Shown here piece by piece: positions 25,665 through 38,515 of a stretch of 64,000 nt of DNA. Made by a program: the position numbers and the translations under genes. Origin of the DNA: Octopus sinensis (Eukaryota); the NCBI RefSeq assembly GCF_006345805.1, contig NC_043011.1, forward strand, positions 8,308,001 to 8,372,000. Direction: 5' to 3'. Position 1 is the first letter of the stretch; the number at the start of each line of letters is the position of its first letter. Below the pieces are notes generated by a model. That model did no database searches, had not been told where the DNA came from, and saw only the letters and a list, made by a program, of their open reading frames with translations.

Positions 25665-28600
25665 AGGGAAAGTTTACGAAAATAAACAAAAGACGAAGGC
25701 AGGCGGTGTACAAACAAACAAATGTATTAGTATAGCGCTCAGGAACAGAAAAAGTATTTTACGTTTCGAGTCTACGCTCTTCTACAGAAAGATACACAGA
25801 AAAAAACAAGGAGAGAAAAATATGTGTGTAGTAGCTAACGATCTATCATGGCGTCTGACTCGGACAGAATGGTCAGACGCGAGAGGGACAGTAGGGGAGA
25901 TAACAGGGTCAAGTGACTTCCAATACGAAGGAGCCCCCAAAACAAAGGTGCGTGTGTGTATAAGAGTGTATGTATGTGCGTGTGAAAAAGGGCTGGTGGT
26001 CTGGACGTGTGTGTGTGTATGTATGTGTGGGTGTGGAGATGTGGGGATGGGTGTGTGGGTGGTGTGTTGTGATGTGATGTGTAACGTTGCATGGCGTAGT
26101 GTAGTGTGGTGTGCTGTGATAATGTGGGGTGTAGTGTAGTGTGATGTTGTAGGGTGTAGTGTAGTGTGGTGTGATGTAGGGATGTGGGAGAGATGAGAGA
26201 GGCGAGAATGGGGAAAGCACAGGTGGGGTGTGGGTTCGGCTGGAGGTTGGGATAGAGTGGGGTTGTGGGTAGGTAGAGGGTGGGGTTAGAGGTGAGGTAT
26301 GTGTTGGAGGGAGGGGTGTGGGATAGGGGGGTATGTGAGAGAAATGTGTCGGATAGGGGTGGGGCATGTGGTGGTGATGGTAGGGGGAGAGATGAGAAGG
26401 ATGGGAAGGATATGGAAGGTGGAGTAGGGGTGGGTGGGTGGGTTTATGAGGGGAGGGGAAGGTGGGTGTGTGAGGAGAGAGAGGAGGAGAGCAGAGGAGA
26501 GAGAGGAGGATGGAAGAGATGGGGAGGAGGAGGGAAGAAGAGAAGGAGGAGGAGAGAGGGGGAGATAGGGGAGAAGGAGAGTGAGGGAGCAGAGAGAAAG
26601 AGAGAAGGGAGAAGAGAGTAGGGGAGAAGAGGGAAAGAGAGTAGAGGGAAAAGAGGGAAGAAAAGGGAAAGAGAATAGGGGTGAAAAGATGTGAAAAGAG
26701 AAGTAGGAGTCGGGGAGGAGGTTAGATGAAAAACGGGGGGAGGTTAGATGAAAAGGGGATTAGATGAAGAAAAAGGGGGAAGGGGGTTAGATTAAAAGGG
26801 GGGGGGGGTGAGCCCAAATGGCGTAAAAGAACGAAGAGAGAAGATTAATCCCTGTTCACGGCGCAAGCGGGAGTCCAGATGGCTTCTGTGCAAGGACAAA
26901 CCGAACACAGACAGATGTTGCAAGGAGTGACTAGTGGAGCGGAAATGGCGTGAGACTGGGGTGTCATTGCCGAGGCGGATGTCTCGGAGGTGTTCCGCGA
27001 ACCGGTCAGCCAAGCGGCGTCCCGTTTGTCCGATGTACAGGGAATGGCAGAGAGAGCAGGAGATGCAATAGATGATATTGCTGGAGTTGCAGGTGAAGGA
27101 GTCGATGATTCGATAGGGTCGATGATGGGTGCCGGTGAGGAGGGTGGTGTTGGGGAGGTAAGGGCAAGTGCGGCAGCGTGGGCGGGAGCAGGGGAACGAG
27201 CCAGGTTGAGAGGTAGGGTCAGGGAAGAAGCTGTGGACAAAGAGGTCTCGTAGGTTATGGGCTCGTTTGAAGGAGGGGAGAGGTCAGTTAGGGAAGATGT
27301 GTAAAATGGACGGGTCGGTCTGGAGATGCCGGAAAGCTCGGAGAATGGTGCATTGGAGAGGTAGGGTGGTGGGGTGGTAAGTGAGGGGAAAAGGGAGGCA
27401 GGAGACTGCGGGGTGGGTTCGGGGGCAGAGAGCAGATGCACGGTCTACGGAACGTGCTCTGGCAAGGGCGGTGTGGATAGTGGTGAGGGAGTATCCACGT
27501 AGGATGAAGTGGCGAACCATGAGTTAAGACTGAGTCTCAAAGTCATGGTCGTCACTACAAGCCTTCGTAGACGGAGGAATTGGGAATAGAGGATGGAAAG
27601 CTTGGTGTGTTTCGGGTGGGAGGAGGAGAAGTTTAGGTATGAGTGTGAGTATGTGTGTTTGTAGTGAATGGAGGTGGTAAGAGTGGAGTGATGAATGCTG
27701 ACCGAAATGTCAAGAAAGGAGACAGAGGTGTTGGAGATAGTGCAGGAGAAGTGGAGGGCAGGATGGAAGGATTTGACGAAAGAGATGAAGGAGTCTAGAT
27801 GTTCGCGGGAGAGTGAGGTGGCACTGATACAGTCATCAATATAACGGCCGTATAGTTCGGGAGTGGGACCAATGAAACTAGAGAATATTTGGGCCTCAAC
27901 ATAGCCAACGAACAGGTTCGCATAGTTGGGGCCCATTCGCGTTCCCATGGCCACTCCCGAGAACTATTGGTAGAACTCGCCCGCGAACGAGAAGCAGTTA
28001 AGAGAACTTAAGGGAACGGCCAGACGAACGAGTGTGGAGGTGTCAGGTTCCGGGTTGGGGCGGAGATCGAGAAAGTGTTTAAGTGCACGCAGTCCTTCGT
28101 GGTGAGGGATCACGGTATAGAGGCTCTAGATGTCCATTGTAAAGAGGAGTTTGGAGGAGCCAGGAGGAAAGGAGAAAGAGTTGAAAGGACGGAGAGCATG
28201 GTTGGTGTCGTGGATGTGAGAAGGAAGAGACGCCACTAGGGAGGCAAGGACACGGTCGAAGTATTTTGAGATAAGCTCGGTGCGGCAAGTTACAGACGGA
28301 GACGATGAGGCGGCCAGGGTTGTTGGGTTTGTGGATTTTGGGGAGCAAGTAAATGGTGGGGGTGCGTGGGGTTCGGACAATGAGGTAGGATGTGGTGTGG
28401 GGGAGACGGGAGGACGAGATGAGGTCGTGGCAGTAGAGGAGACCGTCTGTTAGTAACTGAGCGTGGGGTCAGAGGACAGAGGGGAGTAGAGGAGGTGTCA
28501 TTGAGTTGGCGGAGCGTCTCGGCCCTGTAGAGGTCCGAGCCCCACACCACCACAGCTCCACCCTTGTCGGCCGGTTTAATGACAATGTCAGCGTGCCGTC

Positions 28601-28748
28601 GGAGGGAACGAAGAGCTGAGAGTTCGGCTGGGGAGATGCTGAAGCGGCGGTGGCGCCTGGAGAAGTTGAACCGCTCCAACGCGCGCTGACAGGCACCCAC
28701 AAAAGATCCACTGCTTGGAACTGGCCGGGAACAGGCGTCCACTGGGAT
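25665..28748 (-). mobile_element. Penelope-like retroelement (Neptune-type), 5'-truncated
   Basis: RT plus GIY-YIG coding region, low-complexity 3' region, HHR-like motif at 25755-25791, TA runs at both ends. Confidence 0.88.
26792..28745 (-). pseudogene. PLE reverse transcriptase + GIY-YIG endonuclease, frameshifted
   Basis: IVIKPADKGGAVVVW; LPKIHKP; VAMGTRMGPNYANLFVG; YGRYIDDC; NIIYCISCSLCHSLYIGQTGRRLADRFAEH. Confidence 0.9.
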
Positions 28749-28763
28749 ATATATACATATATA

Positions 28764-29220
28764 TACGTTATCTGATAAATAAATATCCGGACTGTTGCTA
28801 TAGTAACGAACTTTAAGCACGGAGACTAATGCTGCTTGGCACAGGTTGACCTTGAGCACTGATGTGCATGCGCACCGAGTTTATATGTTCTAGCTCACAT
28901 CCGCTGTTTACAGCAGTGCTTGGAAGGAACGCATGCAGCGTGTGAATGACGCATAGACCATGACAGAAAGTTGAGCAGAGAACCTGTATCAAATTTTACC
29001 ACAAGATTGGTTTTACCTGTACAGAGGCCTACGCAAAGCTTTCAAAGACTTTTCATCATTGTTCTCACCACAATGAAGATTTTATGCAACTGAAACCGGA
29101 GTGTCTTTTTGATCAGTTGAAAGCAAGTTTGGCACAAAGGTGGTAAACAGGCATCTCATACCCAAATCCTCAGTGATGATAGACTGAACTGAACAATCCC
29201 CAGTCAGCACATCTTCTGAT
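28764..29220 (+). mobile_element. Mariner-type DNA transposon 5' fragment
   Basis: TA then TIR-like cgttatctgataaataaatatccggact; broken N-terminus VEQRTCIKFYHKIGFTCTEAYAKLSKTF; no second TIR seen. Confidence 0.55.
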
Positions 29221-29237
29221 ATAATATGTATATTATA

Positions 29238-29405
29238 TGCGACAAGCTTCTTTCAGTTTCCATCTACCAAATCCACTCACAAGGATTTGGTCGGCTCGAG
29301 GCTATAGTAGAAGACACTTGCCTAATGTGTCACGCACGCAGTGGGACTGAACTCGGAACCATGTGGTTGGTAAGCAAGCTACGTACCACTGAACCACTCC
29401 TGCGC
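29238..29405 (-). mobile_element. SINE family A, head half
   Basis: Reverse match to the family A head. Confidence 0.75.
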
Positions 29406-29977
29406 CTATATTTAGAATTTATTTCAAGTTCGATTTCTGGCTAAAACCAACCTCATTTGTTTCGGCTTACTAACCTTCTCGACATTCGATGCCCTTGTAG
29501 TATATAAATAAAATATTATTGTTATTTGAAATACGACATAAAAAAGAAAGGAAGGCGTGCAGAAGGAAGGGCTTCCGCTTTGTGGATTAGTCAAAAGATA
29601 AGTGACTCGCAAATATAGTTAGGGTGAATGGGAGGGCTTTAAGTATGCGCCTGTAAATGGGAAAACATGGCAGTTGGGGGAGGGATTGTTATCCTTGATA
29701 TTTAGGGTGATCGTAGATACGTGCAGCTGTTTGATTGACTCTAGTTGGGATCTCTCCTTTATTCGGAGGACAGCATTAGCCATGTGGCTGCATATTTTGT
29801 ACAATGTGCATACTTTTTATATCCTCTCTACTTCATCCTCCCACCTTCCCTTTTATATTATCCCCCCCCCCACACACAAATAGTAAAGTACCCGTAAAAT
29901 ATTCCTGTGGCAAATAAACAAAAAATCTTTGTCATCTTCATCATCATCATCATCATCATTATTGTTGTTCTCGCTGT

Positions 29978-30845
29978 AAAGGCTGTGAGGTGGCAGAACC
30001 GTTAGCATGCTGGATGAAATGCTTAATGTTCTGAGTTCAAATTCCGCCGAGGCTGACTTTGTCTTTCATCCTTTCGGGGTCGATAAATCAAGTACCAATG
30101 AAATACTGGGGTCGATGTAATCGACTAGTCCCCCACCCCACCAAAAATTGCTGGCCTTGTACCTGTAGTAGAAAGGATTATTACTATTTTGGCTGATACT
30201 GTTAACATTGTTGTTTTAGATGCTGTTAAGGTATCGATATGGCAGAAATGTTAACATGTCGGAAGAAACGCTTAAGTGGCCTTTCGTCCGTCCTTATGCA
30301 GTGAGCTCAAATTATGCTGAGATCGACCTTGCTTTCCATCTTTTCGGGATTGATAAATTGAGTACCAGTTGTGTACTGGGGTTGATGTAGTCATCTAGTA
30401 CCTCCCCAACATATACATAAAGTTCAGATCATAAAATTCGGACTAAATGTATCTAAGCACTTAGCCCGGCGTGCTAAAGTTTCTACCAACTCACCATGAT
30501 TTTAATTGACACAATATTAAGTACGCCGAACAAAATGCTTATCGACATTTCGTCCATTTCTACGTTCAGAGTTCAAGTTCCACCGAGGTCATCTTTCCGT
30601 TTAAATTCTTTTGGATTGAAAAATAGCCTTCATCCAGCACTGGGCCTTGTGCATACAACAGAAAGAATTATCTATAATTTAGCGGCATTTCGTCCGTCGT
30701 CACATTCTAAGTTCAAATTCTGCCGAGGTTGACTTTGCATTTCAACCTTCTGGGGTCGATAACATAAGTACCAGTTGAGCACTGCGGTCGATGTAATCGA
30801 CTTAACCCCACCCACTAAAGTTACTGGCCTTAAGCCAAGATATGA
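29978..30845 (+). mobile_element. Cluster of family C SINEs (Meta/MESC-like central domain)
   Basis: Repeated gagttcaaattcc..gactttg.ctttcatcctttcggggtcgataaa..agtaccag; (ATT)n tails; domain name assigned from memory. Confidence 0.7.
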
Positions 30846-30864
30846 AATTATTATTATTATTATT

Positions 30865-33800
30865 CAGTAGTTTTATTTTTATAGCGTGCTTTCACTTCAC
30901 TACCGAGCGCAGCTCTGTGTGCCTTGGGTATGTGCTGTGATTTGTTGTGATGCTCTGATGGTTATTGTATGGAAAGTGTTCTGCGTAGGATGTGTGCAGT
31001 GCCTAGTAGTGCAATTTTCTGTATGTTATATGTGTTTGTAAGTCCTGGTGTTTTTGTTATGTATTTGTCTGAATATTTTTTTATCATGCCTAATGCACCT
31101 ACTATGATAGGGATTGTTTCTGTTTTTAGATTCCACATTCTGGTTACCTCTATTACCTTTGTATTTTGAAAGTTTCTCCATTTCTTTTAGGGACACGTTG
31201 TCATCTGCCGGTATTGATACATCAATTAGAAAGCATTGTCTTTCTTCATGATCTCTGACAACTATATCTGGTCTGTTGGCCTTAATTTCTCTATCTGTGT
31301 GTATCGGCATATCCCAGAGTATGGTTGCTTTCTCGTTTTCTGTGACCTTTTCTGGTGTGTGCCTATACCATCTTTTTTCTGTTGTTATTCCATAATGTTG
31401 GCATAGCTTCCAATGTATGTAGGTTCCAACTCTGTCATGTCTGTGAATATATTCCTTCTTAGCCAGGACTGGGCAGCTAGAGATAATATGATTTATCGTT
31501 TCTTGTCCATCACCATATATTCTGCAGCTACTTGTTATGTTTCGTTTCATTATATGTTTTTGGTAATTTCTGGTGGGGAGGCTTTGGTCTTGTGCTGCAA
31601 TTAAAATCCCTCTGTCTCTGCTTTGAGTCCTGAGCTTCTCAACCATTGCTGGGATTTTTTTCTGTCTATTTCTATTGCATTTAAGTTAGCCCAGTATTTG
31701 TCACGAAGGGGCTTTTCTTACCATCTTTTTATCATGGTTCGTTGCTGTTCTAGTTTTAATTTGGATTTCATTTCTTTTATCGCTTTTGTTGTTTCTTCTT
31801 TTTCATATTTGTTTGGTAGTATGGCTTCTTGTTTGTATTTGTCAGCTTCCTTAAATACTGAAAACAGTTTTTTTTCTTTTTGCTCGTGTTTTGTGGCTAT
31901 TTATATTGGTTTTACTTGCTTCTGAAGTAGGTATTCTTGCAGTCCTGTGGTGGTTATTTTATAATGATTTTCCAGCTGTATAAGGCTTCTATCATCTTCT
32001 ATACGTTGTATATATAACCGTTCTATGTCAGATTTTGGGTGGTACATCTTAAATCTTGTCATTTTTCTTATCTTCCTGTCTATTTTGGTTAGTTCATTTC
32101 GTGTCCAGTTAAGGATATTGTAGCTATAACTTATAACTGGGATGGCTAGAGTGTTGATACCTATTATCTTGTTTTTAAGGATTGAGCTCTGTTTTCAGTA
32201 TTAATCTAACTCGTCTATAGTATTATTTCTTTTTATTTTCTCTTTCATTTGTGTGTGTTGTGTCTTATCTAGTTCATGTATTCCTAAGTATTTGTAAGTT
32301 TGACTTTGGTCTAATTCTTTTATTCCATTGGTTTTATCTAGTGTGATGTTGCTACTCTTAACTAGTTTTCCTCTCTTCAGGGTTACTTTGGCGCATTTTT
32401 CTAATCCAAATTTCATATCTATTTCTTTGGTGAATCCATGTACTGTCTGCAGTAGTGTTTCCAGCTGTTTGTTATTTGTAGCGTATAGTTTTAGGTCATC
32501 CATATATAAAAGGTGGCTGATCGTTTTGCCGTAACATTTATATCCGCATCCAGTTCTATTTAGCATATCAGATAGAGGTGTCAATGCCAAGTAGAAAAGG
32601 AGTGGTGAGAGTGTGTGTCCCTGGAATATTCCTCTTCTAATGGGGGTGGTTTTGGTTTTCACGAGTCCCTCTTTTGTTTGGAGCTGTAGCACTGTCTGTC
32701 ATTTATTCATAGAGTGTCTAATGTATTTTATAATTATTGGTGCTACCTTGTTAATAGCTAGTGTTTCGAGGATCCACGCGTGGGGAATGCTATCAAAAGC
32801 CTTTCGGTAATCGATCCAGGCCATACTGAGGCCTTTCTTCTTTCTGCGGCTGTCTTCAGTTATGGCTTTAGTGATCATTAGTTGATCTTTACAGCCATAT
32901 GAGCCCTTGCAGCATCCTTTCTGCACTTCTGGAAACAGGTTGTTTTCGTCCAGCTGCTTGTTCAATCATTGCGATATTACTGCAGTAAAGACTTTGTACA
33001 TTGTAGGGAGACAGGTTATAGGTCTGTAGTTTTGTGGTTTTGCCGTTTCATTAGATTTGGGAATTAGGATGGTTTTCCCTTTCGTGAGCCATTCAGGCAT
33101 TGTCTCTGGCTCTGTCAGTATGTCGTTAAAGTTTTCAGTCAGCTTTTTGTGTTTTCCTGTCAGATATTTTAACCAGAAGTTGGGGATCTTGTCGTGCCCA
33201 GGTGCCTTCCAATTGCTTAGTCTTTGCAGTGCCTGGGTGACCTCTTCAGTTGTTATAGGGGTCCAGAGTTGCTCAGGTGTTAAGTTCGTTGTTTTAATAG
33301 TCCTTTTCTGAGGTTGTTCCTTCACCGACCATATTTCTTTCCAAAATTCTTCCACTTCTTCTGCTGTTGGTGCTGCATTGATGTCTATTTTTTTTTTTTG
33401 CGACGTTCTTGGTAGAATTTTGTGGGGTTGGAGTTGAACTGTTTGTTTTGTCCAAAGAAACGTTGGCGTTTCTCATACCGGCGGATCCTTTGTGCTTTGG
33501 CTTTTCTTTTATCTCAGGTAAATCATTTTCTGTGATGTTGTATTTGCACAGCATTTTTGTTTTCTTCTTGTTACTTAGTAGTGTTGATTGTCTACTAATT
33601 TCTTTAAGAACTGACAAATATTTTCTCTTTTTTGTATTTTTTTTTGGATGTTATTTATCCACAGAGTTTGTTAGGGTGGTGGTGCTCCTGTTTTGATGGG
33701 TTTGAGGGATTATCCTGTTTCTTTTGTGGCTGCTGCATATATTATGCCATTTAGCTCAGTGATATTGACATTTGTTTCTGTGACGGCCAGGTTTATGCTA

Positions 33801-34881
33801 TTTATTATTGATGTTGTTTTATTTTCTATTTTGAGTTTTGGGAGGACAATCTGTGGTCCATTCTGAGATCTGTGGCTTTCAGTTCTATGATTATGCTCAT
33901 TTTCAGAGTATCATAATCATTAGGTTCCTCTTCTTTGTTTCCATGTTTTAGATTTTCTTCGCCTTCCTTCTCATTCATATGTTTGTCTGTGGTGTTCTAG
34001 TTTGGTGCATTTTGCACATAATTATACATCCCTACGGTCTGGGTTTCTTGTTTTCTTTTTACTTTGTTTCTGTTGGAAATGTTACGTATGTGTTCGTGTT
34101 TTACTATCTCAGTGTTTATAATATTTGGCATTGTTGTGTGGCTACTATCTACATTATCCTGATGTATTTTTCCTTTTAAATGTTCTATTTTTAATGCTGA
34201 TACTTTTTTTGCTTTGAGAATATATCTTCGTACGTTAGCTAGTTTACTAGGGTTCATTGCTGTATCCAAGTCTTTATTTATGTTATTTTTCTTCCAAGTT
34301 TTATATGTATATGTTGTTGTGTTTTCGTTCTTTTGGTAGAGCACTGCTGTGAAGTAAGCGTGTAGGATAGAAATGTATTCTTCACGTGTCCATTTATGCC
34401 TTTTTGATTTTATTTGCGGGACATGAGGAACAACGTCCGGCCCTTTATTTTGAGGGTCATAATTTTCGTAGGGTACCGGTCCGTCCATTTCTGTTGTCAA
34501 ATTGTTTTGCACGTGTAGTCTTTCGTACTTTTTGTGTAACAAGTTTAAAGCACATACTTCCCGATTGTTATTCTTGGGTTGAATAATACAGGTATTATTT
34601 AATTTATTTGAAATTTTTTGTGCATGGTATTTGGGGACGGAGATGGTCTGGTGTTGATTGGATCGTAATGTGGTGAGCGTGTATACATGTGCTGTCCGAG
34701 CAATAGAGATGATACACAGTTAAAATACATAATTTCATTTAGAAAATAGAAATAAATTAATCGGATATAGTCCAACACTTCGTCAGTTATTCTTGGCTCC
34801 ATGCGATGTCTTTATTCCCGATGTTTCTGAATAGATTTTGGAGCAGTGTTTTATCGTTCTCACATGTCAAACGTCCCCGGC

Positions 34882-34882
<1 letters not shown>
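30865..34882 (-). mobile_element. R4/Dong non-LTR retrotransposon, near full length, degenerate
   Basis: KRHKWTREEY N-terminus; RT QNYRPITCLPTMYK, AWIDYRKAFDSIPH, GIFQG..LSPLLF, HLLYMDDLKLY; CCHC-like and RLE ANRPDIVVRD..IDVSIP..EKLSKYK; (TTA)n on both flanks. Confidence 0.92.
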
Positions 34883-34937
<55 letters not shown>

Positions 34938-35150
34938 GAGGCAGTGAGCTGGTAGAATCGTTAGCACGCTGGACGTAATGCTTAGCGGTATTTCATCCAT
35001 CGCTACGTCTTGAGTTTAAATTCCGCGGAGGTCGACGTTGACGTTCATCCTTTCGGGGCCGATAAAATAAGTACCAGTTGAACACTGGAGTCGATGTAAT
35101 CGGCTTATCACCACATCCCCCAAGCCGCCTTGTGGCAAAAATTTTAAATA
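34938..35150 (+). mobile_element. Family C SINE
   Basis: gaggcagtgagctggtagaatcgttagc...catcctttcggggccgataaaataagtaccag. Confidence 0.75.
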
Positions 35151-35234
35151 ATAATAATGATTATTATTGTTGTTGTTGTTGTTATTGTGGTATGTGCTGT
35201 GTTTTCTTACAATTATTGGTATTTCTACGTCTAG

Positions 35235-35286
<52 letters not shown>

Positions 35287-35297
35287 TATTATTATCA

Positions 35298-35334
<37 letters not shown>

Positions 35335-35364
35335 AGTAGTAGTAGTAGTAGTAGTAGTAGCAGC

Positions 35365-35419
<55 letters not shown>

Positions 35420-35420
35420 T
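35140..35420. repeat. (TAT)n/(TAG)n trinucleotide array
   Basis: Directly visible. Confidence 0.95.
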
Positions 35421-35699
35421 CATTAAGTTAATTAATACAGCCGTAATTAGTTTTGTTGCAAATTTTTTCTAATTTTACTGCAATTATCATATTAACACCC
35501 AATGTATGGATGACACAACAATTACACTTTATAAATAGAGAAAACTCCCCCACTCCCGAATGCCAGTGACGCGGTCGTTTTACGACTATTCGCTTTGTTT
35601 CTGTATTTCCGGTTCATGTCAATATCAGGCAAACACCAATGCTAAAAAATTTTAGAGTCTAACTCATCTCCCTCAAAACATTGTAGGTTAGATAAACAA

Positions 35700-35960
35700 A
35701 AAAGAAAAAATAAATAAACACAGTGGAATTCTATTCTAATATGTCAGGATGGTCATTTTTGGTGGAGAGAGGGCAAATAAACACACGCACTGTATATTCG
35801 TTCTTCTCTTCAGCTTTATTTTTATTCACATTTTAAAATCTTTCGTCACACGCTCTGTGACCTCTTCAGCGATTCACCATCCCACGTGTCTTAACCTGTT
35901 CTGTTTAATCCATTGGTCTTTCTATGGTGTACATCTATGGTGGTGTAGCTACTGTTGATT
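35700..35960 (-). mobile_element. GUCAC HHR family repeat, degenerate
   Basis: Minus strand reads CUGAAGA-G-GUCAC..GUGAC-GAAAG; stem I is lost. Confidence 0.6.
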
Positions 35961-36109
35961 TTGTAGTCTGCAAAATGTGGTATATCTGAAAAAGAAGAAA
36001 TGAAATGACGCGATAGTCACGGATGGAAAGAAAGATCAACATGGACAACAAGATAAAGAACAGGTTTCACTGAAAATGCTCCATTAGGTATGCAACGACA
36101 CAACTGGCG

Positions 36110-36420
36110 TACGTATGTGTGTATGTATGCATGTATGTACGCACGCACACATGCATGGATGTTTTTGTGTGTGTATATGTGTGTATGTATGTATGTATGT
36201 ATGTCTGTGTGTATTTATGTATGTATGTATGTGTGCATTTATGTATGTATGTATGTGTGTATGCATGTATGTATGCATGCGTGTATGTATGGATGTATTT
36301 GTGCGTGTGTATATTGTGTATGTATGTATGAATGTATGTACGTACGTATATATGTATGGATGTATTTGTGTGTGTATATGTGTGTATGTACGTATATATG
36401 TATGTGTATGTATGTACGTA
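36110..36420. repeat. (TATG)n-rich microsatellite
   Basis: Directly visible. Confidence 0.9.
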
Positions 36421-36692
36421 TTAAAATATCTCCGAAATATGCAGGTCATGATTGCTGTATGATTCATCGCATAAATAGCAAATCCTAACATCCGAGTAAC
36501 AGAAAACTAACACCAGATACCATGGCGACCGAAAGTATATTTCCCCAATTGCTGAAAAAGAGATGAGGTATGACGTCAACAGGTCAGACACGTAAAATAT
36601 GTGCCGGCAGTAACCAATCAGAAACAAATACGTCACATTCATTCAAATGCAAGAATTTACTACAGACAGTAAGAGTATATGTATGTAGGCAT

Positions 36693-36773
<81 letters not shown>

Positions 36774-36774
36774 C

Positions 36775-37008
36775 TTTTAGTGATTTACTTCTTTCAGTCA
36801 TTTGACTGCGGGCATGCTGGAGCACCGCCTTCTAGTCGAGCAAATCGACCCCAGGACTTATTCTTTGTAAGCCTAGTACTTATTTTATCGTTTCTATCGC
36901 TATGTTACGTGGAGGTAAACACATTACCATCGGTTGTAAAAGCGATGATGGGGGGTCAAACTCAGACACACAAATACATATATACATATACGAACATATA
37001 CATACATA

Positions 37009-37060
<52 letters not shown>

Positions 37061-37127
37061 TATATATATATTATATATAATATATATATATATAATATAT
37101 ATATATGTATTATACATATATACATAT

Positions 37128-37168
<41 letters not shown>

Positions 37169-37330
37169 AGACGTGGTTTTTTCAGTTTCCGCCTAACAAA
37201 TCCACTCACAAGTCTTTTGTCGTCCCAGGGGTGTAGTAGGAGGCACTTAGCGAAGATGTCACGCAGTGGGACTGAACGCAGGACCATGTCGTTGGGAAGC
37301 AGGCTTCTTACCAAACAGCCAATCCTATGC
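36775..37330 (-). mobile_element. SINE family A with expanded internal (TA)n
   Basis: Tail about 36775-36970 and head about 37170-37330, separated by about 200 bp of microsatellite. Confidence 0.75.
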
Positions 37331-37374
37331 CTATATAATATATATGTGTGTGTGTGCATATATATATATATATG

Positions 37375-37421
<47 letters not shown>

Positions 37422-37433
37422 GTATATATATAT

Positions 37434-38232
37434 ATTGTTATATTTCGGAATGGTCATTTTGCCAGTTTAGCCAATAAAAACACACGCACTATATATTTGG
37501 TGTTACTTTGCTTCAGTGTTATCTATTTTTTAAAATTAATCTTAATCTTATTTCGGCCAGAGTTCTTTCGTCACACTCCTGTGACCGCATCAGTGGTCCT
37601 TTGTTTTCTTCTTACTTATTTGTGTCTCTCCTTACTAACCGTCAGCCATTTTGTATTTCTATTGCATGTCTTCATTTGCGCATGCTTATATCTCTATGTG
37701 CATTGATGTTTATTTAGTGTGTGTATGTGGGGGATGCCTGTAATAGTTGTATCTTCTGTTTATATATGTTCAAAAAACAAAAAACAAAAAACAAAATACA
37801 AAATACAAATTACATGAACATATAAAATTACAAATTACGTGAACATATATAAACAGAAGATACAACTATTACAGGCATCCCCCACATACACACACTAAAC
37901 AAACATAAACGCACATAGAGATATAAGCATGCGCAAATGAAGACATACAATAGAAATACAAAATGGCTGACGGTTAGTAAGGAGAGACACAAATAAGTAA
38001 GAAGAAAACAAAGGACCACTGATGCGGTCACAGGAGTGTGACGAAAGAAATCTGGCCGAAATAAGATTAAGATTAATGTAAAAAATAAATAAGATTGAAG
38101 CAAAGTAACACCGAATATATAGTGCGTGTGTTTTTATTGGCTAAACTGGCAAAATGACCATTCCGAAATATAACAATATCTGTTTCAACACACGACTTCA
38201 CATAAAAAATCTTGCACAACAAATATTTAAAC

Positions 38233-38235
<3 letters not shown>
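37434..38235. mobile_element. Foldback element, about 340-bp near-identical arms, GUCAC HHR family
   Basis: Arms 37434-37770 and 37839-38178; HHR-like motifs at 37555-37599 (-) and 38013-38057 (+). Confidence 0.9.
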
Positions 38236-38284
<49 letters not shown>

Positions 38285-38394
38285 ATATATATGTATGGAG
38301 ATGTACTTGCATAGCGAGTGACTTGATCTGAGGTCGTGTGGTGCGAGCAAAACAATTGCAACGTGGAAGGTTTTTATAAGCCATTTAAATTTAA

Positions 38395-38445
38395 TTTGTC
38401 AAAATATTTTCGTCGCTTCGAGGCCGCGACCTGTTCACTGACAAA
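38395..38445 (-). ncRNA. Type I HHR with G3:C8 core swap
   Basis: UUUGUCA-GUGAACA-G-GUCGC(GGCCUCGAA)GCGAC-GAAAAUAUUU-UGACAAA. Confidence 0.65.
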
Positions 38446-38464
38446 GCTTCGTGCAGCACGAAGT

Positions 38465-38515
38465 TTTGTCAGTGAACAGGTCGCGGTCTCGAAGCGACGA
38501 AAATATTTTGACAAA
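38465..38515 (+). ncRNA. Type I HHR with G3:C8 core swap
   Basis: UUUGUCA-GUGAACA-G-GUCGC(GGUCUCGAA)GCGAC-GAAAAUAUUU-UGACAAA. Confidence 0.65.

Noticed and set aside
26100-26790. G-rich tract as a G-quadruplex regulatory element
   Set aside because: Explained as the low-complexity 3' region of the PLE
36571-36620. TGACGTCA plus CCAAT as a promoter (also 5574-5729)
   Set aside because: Short motifs; TGACGTCA also occurs at 61604 with no context and there is no TSS evidence
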